A stretch of DNA of 64,000 nucleotides from Clostridia bacterium (GTDB lineage: Bacteria; Bacillota; Clostridia; UBA1381; UBA9506), in the NCBI GenBank assembly GCA_045652815.1, contig JAZOLH010000037.1, forward strand, positions 691-64,690. The letters run 5' to 3'. The translations under genes and the position numbers were made by a program. This document shows, in pieces, positions 10,697-19,336 of the stretch; the stretch's first letter is position 1, and every line of letters begins with the position of its first letter. The notes under the pieces are model-generated. The model was not told the origin of the DNA and did no database searches. It was given only the letters and a program-made list of their open reading frames with translations.

Positions 10697-11401
10697 ATGC
10701 GCTTGGGCACAAAGCAAACAATCCGTATCAGAAGCGGCAAACTTGGGCGAAAAAAGTTTTCGGGATTTTTGTTGTTATGCTTGATTGTATCCCTTGTTTC
10801 GGCAGGTGGATTGTATTTTTTGAAAGTGGTTAATCCGCTTTTGGTTCACCAGACCCAAAACCGAGCCGGCGTTTTGGCAGAACAGGCCATTCATAGGGCG
10901 GTTAACCGCATGTTTCAGAACGCTGAGGCGGAGGATTTTCTCTCGGTGTCAATGATGGCAGATGGCAGTGTTAGTCTCGCCGGTGCGGATATGGTGAAAC
11001 TCAATCAGTTAAAGGCAGAAGCATCTATGGCCATTCAGGAAGAAATTGATGCCCTTCATCAAACGAAAATTTCCATCCCCTTGGGGACTGTCAGCGGCTG
11101 TTCGCTTTTGTCGGGTTTAGGGCCTTATCTTCCCGTAGAACTGATGCCTTACGGTCGTGTTGTTGTGGATTTTATCAGCCGATTTACAGAGGCAGGCATT
11201 AACCAGACGAAACTGGAAATCAGCTTAAAAGCCAACTGTTTTGTTGGCTTTGTGTTGCCTACCACGAGGCAGTCTGCCAAGGTGGAAACGGAAGTGCCTC
11301 TGGTGCAAACGGTGATTGTGGGCAAGGTGCCCGATAACTATGTCAACATCGACCGTATGGGTGAAACTTTTGAGGGCGATGTGTTGGATATTGTGGGATA
11401 A
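10697..11401 (+). CDS. yunB: Sporulation protein YunB
   Basis: 234 aa with an N-terminal TM segment and YunB-like core (GINQTKLEISL...). GGGGAG RBS 8 nt before ATG 10697. Confidence 0.72.
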   Translation: MRLGTKQTIRIRSGKLGRKKFSGFLLLCLIVSLVSAGGLYFLKVVNPLLVHQTQNRAGVLAEQAIHRAVNRMFQNAEAEDFLSVSMMADGSVSLAGADMVKLNQLKAEASMAIQEEIDALHQTKISIPLGTVSGCSLLSGLGPYLPVELMPYGRVVVDFISRFTEAGINQTKLEISLKANCFVGFVLPTTRQSAKVETEVPLVQTVIVGKVPDNYVNIDRMGETFEGDVLDIVG

Positions 11402-11410
11402 AACAGCATA

Positions 11411-11448
11411 AAAAAAGAGCCGTGGTTTGTACCACGGCTCTTTTGGTT
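11411..11448. terminator. Bidirectional intrinsic terminator (yunB / ybaK-like)
   Basis: Stem GAGCCGTGG, loop tttgta, stem CCACGGCTC, flanked by an A-run and a T-run. Confidence 0.8.
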
Positions 11449-11449
11449 T

Positions 11450-11923
11450 TTATTCTTTCGGTTTGCAAACATCCACCCAACATTTAAAAAATGCGGCATA
11501 CTTTTCCAGTTCAGGAATGGTCAGGCAGATGGCGCTGTTGCCGCTGCCACAGGCAGGGTACACGGTTTCGAAGCGTTTTAAGGATTCGTCTAAATAAACC
11601 GTTACGCCCTCATTGATACCGAAGGGGCAAACACCGCCAACGGGGTGGCCGATTAACTCAATGACTTGCTCCGGGGAGAGCATTTTTGCCTTGGTGCCGA
11701 AAAATGCTTTGTATTTGGCGTTGTCAATTTTCACGTCCCCTGCGGTGATAATCATAACGGGGGCATCATCCACCATAAAAGAAAGACTTTTGGCGATGCG
11801 GGCTTCTTCACATCCCAGTGCTTCTGCCGCCAGAGCCACGGTGGCGCTGGAAACGGAGAATTCCAAAACCCTATCCGCCATGCCGAATTGTTCAAAATAT
11901 GCTTTGCCTTTTTCGATAGACAT
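11450..11923 (-). CDS. YbaK/EbsC-family aminoacyl-tRNA deacylase (Cys-tRNA(Pro)/prolyl-tRNA editing domain protein)
   Basis: 157-aa ORF with YbaK/ProX-type sequence (KSLSFMVDD..., GHPVGGVCPFG). Confidence 0.75.
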   Translation of the reverse strand: MSIEKGKAYFEQFGMADRVLEFSVSSATVALAAEALGCEEARIAKSLSFMVDDAPVMIITAGDVKIDNAKYKAFFGTKAKMLSPEQVIELIGHPVGGVCPFGINEGVTVYLDESLKRFETVYPACGSGNSAICLTIPELEKYAAFFKCWVDVCKPKE

Positions 11924-11980
11924 ATGAATCCCTCTTTTTCGTTTGTGTTATGTTCATTGTAGCAGAAAGCAAAATAAAAA

Positions 11981-12892
11981 TCAAGCCCGAACCAGATAGA
12001 GAAGCATGTTGAGATTATCCCGATAGATCTTGTCGAACTGAGATAGGGGTAAGGGGTTTTCGCCAAGACCTGCCTCGATGGTAAAGGCGGGGATGGAAAA
12101 AGTATCAATCACCCAATCCTTATAGCCGGAGTAAGATGCCATACCCTCGGTTGTATCCGGTTCGTAGCCGCTGATTTCTGCCATAGCCTTTGCCATTTCC
12201 CGTCCTTGCTCGGTGCTTTTGCCCAAAAAGTCATAATAAATCACTTCGCCTTGGGTGTGGTACGCCACAGCAACGTGGGGCAGAAATACACGGGTAAAGG
12301 TGGCAATGGCGTGGCTTTCTGGCTCGCTTTCGGGCTCAGGTCCTGAAAAACGGGTAGGACCGGGGCTGTAAATGCCGCTTTGATGCTGATGGAAAACGCC
12401 CTCTTTAAATTTGGCATCGTAGTTGTGATTAAGGTCAACACCGTTTAGGTTTGCCTGCCACTTTGAAAAATCCTCGCCGCCGTTATAAGAGCGCAGTCGG
12501 GTTTTGGTGATGGGCGGCAACAGTTCGGAAAGACCGTTTACGGAAAGTTCCACCCCGTCGGGATTCACCATAGGGCAGATGACCAAGGTGATTTTGTGAA
12601 ACAAAGTGGGGAAGTGGACGCCTGCGATGGATGTACCGCTTCTGTAACCGATGCAGAATTCTTCCAAAATGCGCATTAAGAGCATGGCGGTAATCCATTC
12701 TGTTCCGTGGTGAGCTCCGTTTAAGAAGATCCGTTTTTCACCATCGCCCCAGCGGATAGCGGTGAGGGTTTTGCCTGCAACCGATTGTCCCAAAGGAAAG
12801 GGATGCAAAAAGGTGTATTCAGAACAGAGTGCGGCAATATCCCGCGCTAAAATATCATAGGTATAGGCTTTTTCACAAGTTGTAATATACAA
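11981..12892 (-). CDS. M14-family zinc carboxypeptidase (gamma-D-glutamyl-meso-DAP peptidase-like)
   Basis: HxxE zinc motif (GAHHGTEW) and M14 fold-type sequence. TTG start immediately follows the rubredoxin terminator, so the start is uncertain. Confidence 0.7.
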   Translation of the reverse strand: MYITTCEKAYTYDILARDIAALCSEYTFLHPFPLGQSVAGKTLTAIRWGDGEKRIFLNGAHHGTEWITAMLLMRILEEFCIGYRSGTSIAGVHFPTLFHKITLVICPMVNPDGVELSVNGLSELLPPITKTRLRSYNGGEDFSKWQANLNGVDLNHNYDAKFKEGVFHQHQSGIYSPGPTRFSGPEPESEPESHAIATFTRVFLPHVAVAYHTQGEVIYYDFLGKSTEQGREMAKAMAEISGYEPDTTEGMASYSGYKDWVIDTFSIPAFTIEAGLGENPLPLSQFDKIYRDNLNMLLYLVRA

Positions 12893-12958
12893 AAAAACAC
12901 CACCCTATTATAGTTTGTAGTACTATTATATAGGCGTGGTGTTTTGTTTAGACATAAA

Positions 12959-13120
12959 TTATTCGGCTACCTCAAAAACGTCTTTGCCGAGACCGCAGAG
13001 AGGGCAAACCCAATCTTCAGGCAGGTCAGCAAAAGAGGTTTCAGGTTCGATGCCGTATTCGGGATCGCCGACTTCGGGATCGTAGATGTAACTGCAAGCG
13101 GTGCATTCGTATTTTTCCAT
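12959..13120 (-). CDS. Rubredoxin
   Basis: 53 aa, [21 protein letters not shown]...DWVCPLCG, with two CxxC pairs. AGGAGG-type RBS before ATG 13120. The ORF-track start at 13171 is rejected. Confidence 0.93.
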   Translation of the reverse strand: MEKYECTACSYIYDPEVGDPEYGIEPETSFADLPEDWVCPLCGLGKDVFEVAE

Positions 13121-13236
13121 AGTAAAAGGGCCTCCTTTTTTGTTGTTACATACAGTATAGCAGAATTGCACAAGAAATGCAATTACTTCTTATAATAATT
13201 TTAGCCCTAAATTGCAATTTTATTTACGAAAAATGC

Positions 13237-13265
13237 TTGACATTTTGCTCAAAATGTTATATAAT
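13237..13265 (+). promoter_or_regulatory. SigmaA promoter (TTGACA, 17 nt, TATAAT) with an embedded palindromic operator ACATTTT-gctc-AAAATGT (13240..13257)
   Basis: Perfect consensus hexamers with a 17-nt spacer. A perfect 7+4+7 inverted repeat fills the spacer, directly upstream of the DeoR regulator gene. Confidence 0.7.
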
Positions 13266-13307
13266 AACATAGAAATGAAAAAAATTAACATTTTAACACG
13301 TTAGGCG

Positions 13308-14087
13308 GTGAAAATGTTGAAGGACAGACGTCAGGCAATTTCCGATATTATTGAACAACATGGCGAAATCAGCCTGCACGAGTTGGAGGCACTGTTTCCC
13401 GAAGTTTCTTCTATGACACTTCGCCGTGATATCGACTTTTTGGAGCACGAGCATAAGTTGGTGAAAATTAAGGGCGGTGCAATGTCCTTAACCCAACTGT
13501 CCCGCAGTGTTCTGCAAAATGCGGAAGGTGACTATGCCCAGCGTGAGTTTTTAAACTCTGACGGCAAGCGTTCTATCGCAGAACTGGCCGCACCTTATGC
13601 AGAAGCAGGGCGCAGCATTTTCATTGATGCAGGCTCCACAATGATGCAACTGGCAAGACTCCTTCACTCAGGTCGCTTTTCTGTTGTGACAAACGGTGTG
13701 AACATTTCCGTTGAACTGTCTCAGAACAAAAGCGCAACGGTGAATCTGGTGGGTGGAGAATTAAACCGCAACAATATGTGTGTGTCAGGTGCGGGGGCGC
13801 TGGAGCATCTTCGCAACATCAACATCGACATTGCTTTTATGGCCGCCAGTGGTTACACCGCAGAGGATGGCTTCACCAACGGTAGTTACTATGAATATGA
13901 ATTAAAGCGTCACGTGGTGCAAAAAGCCAAAAAGACCATTGTACTGATGGATACATCCAAAATCGGCAAAACAATGACTTACACATTCTGCAGACCCGAA
14001 GATGTTGACATTTTGATTTTAGACAAAAAGCCCGATAGCGCGCTACTTAAAACCGCCAAAGAAACGGGTATGAAAATCCTTTACTAA
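13308..14087 (+). CDS. DeoR/GlpR-family transcriptional regulator
   Basis: N-terminal HTH (ISLHELEALFPEVSSMTLRRDIDFLE) and a C-terminal DeoR sugar-binding-type domain. GTG 13308 or ATG 13314. Confidence 0.88.
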   Translation: MKMLKDRRQAISDIIEQHGEISLHELEALFPEVSSMTLRRDIDFLEHEHKLVKIKGGAMSLTQLSRSVLQNAEGDYAQREFLNSDGKRSIAELAAPYAEAGRSIFIDAGSTMMQLARLLHSGRFSVVTNGVNISVELSQNKSATVNLVGGELNRNNMCVSGAGALEHLRNINIDIAFMAASGYTAEDGFTNGSYYEYELKRHVVQKAKKTIVLMDTSKIGKTMTYTFCRPEDVDILILDKKPDSALLKTAKETGMKILY

Positions 14088-14142
14088 GTTTTTAATTTTA
14101 GCAAAATATATAGTCGCATAGCGACGGAAATGGAGTGTAAAC

Positions 14143-15390
14143 ATGAAAACAAAAGCAGTTAGACTGTATGGTAAAAATGATTTGCGCTTAGAGGAATTCG
14201 AATTACCGGCAATTAAAGACGACGAAATTTTAGCTCGTGTTATTTCCGACAGTATTTGTATGTCCTCTTACAAAGCATCCATTCAGGGTGAAGATCACAA
14301 GCGCGTTCCCAACGACATCGCTGAAAACCCGATCATCATCGGTCACGAATTCTGTGGTGAAATCGTTGAAGTTGGTGCTAAATGGAAGAACGACTGGAAA
14401 GAAGGCGAACGTTTCGCTATTCAGCCCGCTATTAACTACAAAGGTTCCCTGGCAGCGCCCGGTTATTCTTATCCCCACATCGGTGGTAGCTCTACATACG
14501 TTATTATCCCTCACGAATTTATGGAAATGGGTTGCCTGCTGCCTTACAAAGGTGATGCTTTCTTCTACGGCTCCGTTGCTGAACCTATGAGCTGTATCGT
14601 TGGCGGTTTCCACGCTAACTATCACACCACCGCAGGTTCCTATGTTCACGATATGGGTACCGTTATCGGCGGTAACATGGCAATCTTAGCAGGTGTTGGC
14701 CCCATGGGTCTCGGCGCTATTGACTATGCTATCCATAACGAAAGAAAACCCAAACTGTTAGTTGTTACCGATATCGACCAGGCTCGTCTGGATCGTGCAG
14801 CTTCCATCTTAACCGTTGAAGAAGCAAAGAAAAACGGTATCGAACTGATTTACTTAAATACAGGCAACATTGAAGATCCCGTTGGCAAGATGATGGAATT
14901 GACCGGCGGCAAAGGTTACGATGACGTATTCGTATTTGCTCCCGTTAAACCCGTTGTTGAAATGGGTGACCAGATCTTAGGTAAAGACGGTTGCTTAAAC
15001 TTCTTTGCTGGTCCTACCAACACTGAATTCAAAGCAGAATTCAACTTCTACAATGTTCACTATGCTTCCACTCACATCGTTGGTACCAGTGGCGGTAACA
15101 CAGATGACATGATTGAATCCATTCAGATGATGGAAAAAGGTCTGTTAAACCCCGCTATGATGATTACCCACGTTGGTGGTATGGACTCTATCATTGACAC
15201 CACCTTAAACCTGCCCAAGATTCCCGGCGGTAAGAAACTGGTGTACTTAAACATTGATATGCCCATGACTGCAATCGCAGACTTTGCAACTTCCGGCGAC
15301 CCTGTTTTAGTTGAAATCGCTAAGATCGTTGAAAAGAACAACGGTATCTGGTGCAAAGAAGCTGAAGATTATCTCTTGGCTAATAAATAA
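14143..15390 (+). CDS. Zinc-dependent medium-chain dehydrogenase, long (415 aa) sorbose-1-phosphate-reductase-like subgroup
   Basis: Catalytic-zinc motif GHEFCGEIVEVG and Rossmann motif LAGVGPMGLGA. Strongly optimised codon usage. Confidence 0.8.
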   Translation: MKTKAVRLYGKNDLRLEEFELPAIKDDEILARVISDSICMSSYKASIQGEDHKRVPNDIAENPIIIGHEFCGEIVEVGAKWKNDWKEGERFAIQPAINYKGSLAAPGYSYPHIGGSSTYVIIPHEFMEMGCLLPYKGDAFFYGSVAEPMSCIVGGFHANYHTTAGSYVHDMGTVIGGNMAILAGVGPMGLGAIDYAIHNERKPKLLVVTDIDQARLDRAASILTVEEAKKNGIELIYLNTGNIEDPVGKMMELTGGKGYDDVFVFAPVKPVVEMGDQILGKDGCLNFFAGPTNTEFKAEFNFYNVHYASTHIVGTSGGNTDDMIESIQMMEKGLLNPAMMITHVGGMDSIIDTTLNLPKIPGGKKLVYLNIDMPMTAIADFATSGDPVLVEIAKIVEKNNGIWCKEAEDYLLANK

Positions 15391-15485
15391 GAATCAATTA
15401 CCCGGACTTGCGGCTCGCCGCAGGTCTGGGTTTGTGCACGTTTAATGGATGCTTTTGCATCTCATCATAAAAGGAGGAAATTCCA

Positions 15486-16520
15486 ATGAAATTGTATAAA
15501 ATTGCTCCGGCTCTGCGTGCGGCAATGAATGCAGATGTTCTGACATTTGCTGAAACCGGCGCGGCTGATGTAACTTTAGACGGCGTTACCGAAGAAAACG
15601 TTGTTGAAAAAGTTTTAGCAGCAAATTTAGCCGGCAAAAAGAGCGTTGCAGTTGCAGGTCTCGGTGTTTTCACCGCAGCAAAAGGCGCTGAAGCAGGCAG
15701 ACTGGCTGGCAAAATTGCCATCGTTACAGGTTCTGCACAGGGCTTTGGCTTAGGTATTGCAGAAGCAATGATTGCTGAAGGTGCAAACGTTGTGATTGCA
15801 GACTTAAACTTTGATCTGGCAAACAGCGTTGCAGAAGATCTTTGCAAAAAGAACGGTGCAAACTGTGCTATTGCTTGTAAGGTTGACGTTTCCAATGAAG
15901 AATCTGTTGAAGATATGATCGAAGCAACAGTTAAGGGCTTCGGCGGTCTTGACATTTTTGTAAGTAACGCAGGTGTGTTAAAAGCAGGTAGTTTGGAAGA
16001 AATGGATATGAAGGCATTTGAATTCGTAACCAAAATCAACTATTCCGCTTATTACATCTGTGCAAAATATGCTTCCCGCGTGATGAAAATTCAGCACGCA
16101 GTTGCTCCTGAAAAATTCTTTGATATCATCCAGATTAACTCTAAATCCGGTTTGGAAGGCTCCAATAAGAACTTTGCTTATGCCGGCGGTAAGTTCGGCG
16201 GCATTGGTCTGACTCAGAGCTTTGCACTGGAACTGGTTGAATATAATATCAAAGTTAACTCCATCTGCCCCGGTAACTACTATGACGGTCCCCTGTGGTC
16301 CGATCCTGAAAAAGGTCTGTTCGTACAGTACTTAAAAGCAGGTAAAGTGCCCGGCGCAAAAACCGCTGCTGATGTTAAGAAATTCTACGAAGCAAAAACC
16401 CCCATCCGTCGTGGTTGCAACCCCATCGACGTGGCTCGTGCAATTTTCTACATTGTTGAGCAGGAATATGAAACCGGCCAGGCGGTTCCCGTTACCGGCG
16501 GTCAGGTTATGATGAACTAG
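15486..16520 (+). CDS. Short-chain dehydrogenase/reductase (SDR) with a ~70-aa N-terminal extension
   Basis: TGSAQGFG (TGxxxGxG), NAG, and YAGGK (YxxxK). 344 aa versus about 250 aa for a classical SDR. Confidence 0.8.
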   Translation: MKLYKIAPALRAAMNADVLTFAETGAADVTLDGVTEENVVEKVLAANLAGKKSVAVAGLGVFTAAKGAEAGRLAGKIAIVTGSAQGFGLGIAEAMIAEGANVVIADLNFDLANSVAEDLCKKNGANCAIACKVDVSNEESVEDMIEATVKGFGGLDIFVSNAGVLKAGSLEEMDMKAFEFVTKINYSAYYICAKYASRVMKIQHAVAPEKFFDIIQINSKSGLEGSNKNFAYAGGKFGGIGLTQSFALELVEYNIKVNSICPGNYYDGPLWSDPEKGLFVQYLKAGKVPGAKTAADVKKFYEAKTPIRRGCNPIDVARAIFYIVEQEYETGQAVPVTGGQVMMN

Positions 16521-16558
16521 TTTTTAAATTTTAACATTAATATAAAGGAGAGAAAATT

Positions 16559-17908
16559 ATGGCAACACCGGTTATTATGCCCAGACAGGGTCAGTCCGTT
16601 GAAAGTTGTATCATTGCAACTTGGCACAAACAGAAGGGCGACAAAGTTAATGAAGGCGATCTTCTGTTCACCTATGAAACCGACAAAGCGACATTCGATG
16701 AAGAAGCAAAAGTTTCTGGTACTTTAATCGACGTTTTCTTTGAAGAAGGCGACGATGTTGAATGTCTGTTAAACGTTTGCGTTATCGGTGAAGAAGGCGA
16801 AGATACTTCCGCTTTCCGTCCCGCAGGCGCAGCTGACGAAGCTCCTGCAGAAGCTCCCGCAGCAGCACCCGCAGCAGAAGCAGCACCCGCTGCAGCAGCT
16901 GCTCCCGCAGTAGCAGTTTCCGCTACCGCAAAAGACAATCAGTTCATTTCTCCCAGAGCGAAGAACCACGCTGAAAAACTGGGTGTTGATGTTCGTTTCG
17001 CTGAAGGCACAGGCCCCAACGGTCGCGTGATTGAACGTGATGTTGAAGCACTGGCACAGAGCGGCGTAGCATTCACCAAAGCCGCTGCAGCAGAAGGTGC
17101 AGGCAGCAATGATAAATTTGAAGGCACCGGCATCGGCGGTCGCGTAAGCACCGGCGATCTGAAACGCCCCGTTGCAGAAGCAGTTGCAGAAGCAATGAAA
17201 GCAGAAGAAGGCGTAGCATTCACCGATGTACCTCTGACCAACATCAGAAAGGTTATCTCCAAGGCAATGCACAACTCTCTGTCTTCTACCGCTCAGTTGA
17301 CTCTGAACACCAGCTTCGATGCTACCGAAATCATGGCATACCGCAAGAAGCTGAAAGCAAATGCAGAAAAACTGGGTCTGGGCAACATCACATTAAACGA
17401 TATCGTTCTGTATGCTGTTTCCAGAACTCTCTTAAACCACAGAGATCTGAACGCAAACATGCTGGATGACAAAATGCGCATCTTCAATCATGTTAACCTG
17501 GGTGTTGCAGTTGACACACCTCGTGGCTTAATGGTTCCCAACATCTTCTGCGCAGAACTGAAATCTCTGGCTGAAATCAGTGCAGAAACCAAAGAACTGG
17601 CAGGCGCTTGCCAGGGCGGTACCATCAGCCCCGACCTGCTTAACGGCGGTAGCTTCACTGTTACCAACCTGGGCTCTTTTGGTATCGAATCCTTCACACC
17701 TGTCCTGAATGCTCCTCAGACCGGTATCTTAGGTGTTGACACCATCGTTCAGCGTGCTAAAGAAGTTAACGGTGAAATCGTTCACTATCCTGCAATGGGT
17801 CTGTCCTTAACCTTCGACCACAGAGCAGTTGACGGTGCTCCTGCTGCTAAGTTCTTACAGGAACTGAAAGCTAACCTGGAAAACTTCAGTGTTCTGCTCG
17901 CGAAATAA
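16559..17908 (+). CDS. Dihydrolipoamide acyltransferase (E2) of a 2-oxoacid/acetoin dehydrogenase complex
   Basis: Lipoyl domain (YETDKATFD), Ala/Pro linker, peripheral-subunit-binding domain (SPRAKNHAEKLGVD) and catalytic DHRAVDG. Confidence 0.92.
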   Translation: MATPVIMPRQGQSVESCIIATWHKQKGDKVNEGDLLFTYETDKATFDEEAKVSGTLIDVFFEEGDDVECLLNVCVIGEEGEDTSAFRPAGAADEAPAEAPAAAPAAEAAPAAAAAPAVAVSATAKDNQFISPRAKNHAEKLGVDVRFAEGTGPNGRVIERDVEALAQSGVAFTKAAAAEGAGSNDKFEGTGIGGRVSTGDLKRPVAEAVAEAMKAEEGVAFTDVPLTNIRKVISKAMHNSLSSTAQLTLNTSFDATEIMAYRKKLKANAEKLGLGNITLNDIVLYAVSRTLLNHRDLNANMLDDKMRIFNHVNLGVAVDTPRGLMVPNIFCAELKSLAEISAETKELAGACQGGTISPDLLNGGSFTVTNLGSFGIESFTPVLNAPQTGILGVDTIVQRAKEVNGEIVHYPAMGLSLTFDHRAVDGAPAAKFLQELKANLENFSVLLAK

Positions 17909-17937
17909 TTAACATTTTATAGAAAGAAGGCAATACA

Positions 17938-19302
17938 ATGGCTTATGATCTGATCGTGCTGGGCGGCGGCCCCGGCGGTTATCTGGCGGCAGAACGTGCC
18001 GGCCACGCAGGTCTTAAAACCCTGCTGATTGAAAAGCGTAATTTAGGCGGCGTTTGCTTAAACGAAGGTTGCGTTCCTTCCAAAGCGCTGCTGTATTCTG
18101 CAAAAATTTACGACTATGCTCGTTTCTCCGATCATTACGGCGTAACCTGCGAAGGCGTTAAATTTGATCATGCAGCTGTACTGGAAAGAAAGAAAAGAGT
18201 TGTTAACACTCTGGTTTCCGGTATCCGCATGCAGATGAAAGCAAACAAAGTTACTGTTGTTGATGGCGAAGGCGTAATCGACGGTAAAGAGGGTAGTGAC
18301 ATCGTTGTTAAAGTTGGCGACGAACGTTACACCGCACCCCGCCTGATTATCGCAACCGGCTCTATGCCCGTTATGCCTCCCATCCCCGGCGTTAAAGAAA
18401 ACTTTGAAGGCGGTACAGTTTTAACTAACCGCGAAATCTTAGACCTGGCTGAACTGCCCAAAGAACTGGTTATCGTTGGCGGCGGCGTTATCGGTTTAGA
18501 GATGGCTTCTTACTTTAACTCTGCAGGTTCCAAAGTTACCGTTGTGGAAATGATGGACAAGATTGCAGGCCCCACTGATGCTGAAATTTCCAAGATTCTG
18601 ATGAAGAACTACGAAAAGAAAGGCATCGAATTCAAACTGGGTGCAAAAGTTGTTGAAGTTAAGAAAGATGCTGTTGTTTACGAAAAAGATGGCAAAGTGG
18701 AAGAAGTTAAAGCTGATAAAGTTCTGCTGTCCATCGGTCGTCGCGCTGTAACACAGGGCGTTGGCTTGGAAAGCATCGGCGTTCTGACCGAACGTGGTGC
18801 TATCGTAACCGACCGTTTCATGAAAACAAACATCCCCAACGTATATGCTGTCGGTGACGTTAACGGTAAATCCATGCTGGCTCACACCGCTTACCGCGAA
18901 GCAGAAGTGGCTGTGAACAACATCTTAGGTAAAAAAGACATCATGCGCTACAATGCAATTCCTGCTGTTATCTACACCAACCCCGAAGTTGGTAGCGTAG
19001 GTGAAACAGAAGAAACTGCAAAACAGAAGGGTATCGATGTTGAAGTTGCAAACATCACCATGAACTACAGCGGTCGTTATGTTGCTGAAAACGAAGGCGG
19101 CAACGGCATCTGCAAAGTTTTAATTGACAAGAAAACCCGTCGCATGGTTGGTTGCCATATGCTGGCTAACTATGCTTCCGAAATCATCGTTTCTGCCGGT
19201 ATCATGATTGAAACCGAAATGCGTATCGATGACATTAAGGAACTGGTATTCCCCCATCCTACGGTTTGTGAAATCGTAAGAGAAGGTATTTTTCAGCTGT
19301 AA
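17938..19302 (+). CDS. lpdA: Dihydrolipoyl dehydrogenase (E3)
   Basis: GGGPGGY FAD motif, redox-active CLNEGCVPSK, and a C-terminal dimerisation HPT motif. Confidence 0.93.
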   Translation: MAYDLIVLGGGPGGYLAAERAGHAGLKTLLIEKRNLGGVCLNEGCVPSKALLYSAKIYDYARFSDHYGVTCEGVKFDHAAVLERKKRVVNTLVSGIRMQMKANKVTVVDGEGVIDGKEGSDIVVKVGDERYTAPRLIIATGSMPVMPPIPGVKENFEGGTVLTNREILDLAELPKELVIVGGGVIGLEMASYFNSAGSKVTVVEMMDKIAGPTDAEISKILMKNYEKKGIEFKLGAKVVEVKKDAVVYEKDGKVEEVKADKVLLSIGRRAVTQGVGLESIGVLTERGAIVTDRFMKTNIPNVYAVGDVNGKSMLAHTAYREAEVAVNNILGKKDIMRYNAIPAVIYTNPEVGSVGETEETAKQKGIDVEVANITMNYSGRYVAENEGGNGICKVLIDKKTRRMVGCHMLANYASEIIVSAGIMIETEMRIDDIKELVFPHPTVCEIVREGIFQL

Positions 19303-19336
19303 AATTTAATTATTATATAACGAAAGGAAGTTAATT

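Noticed and set aside
16672-17274. Three antisense ORFs (88, 167 and 111 aa) rich in Ala/Cys/Ser inside the E2 gene
   Set aside because: They lie opposite the GC/Ala-Pro-rich linker region of a well-supported E2 gene. They have no RBS, and their composition is the mirror image of the GCN-rich sense strand.
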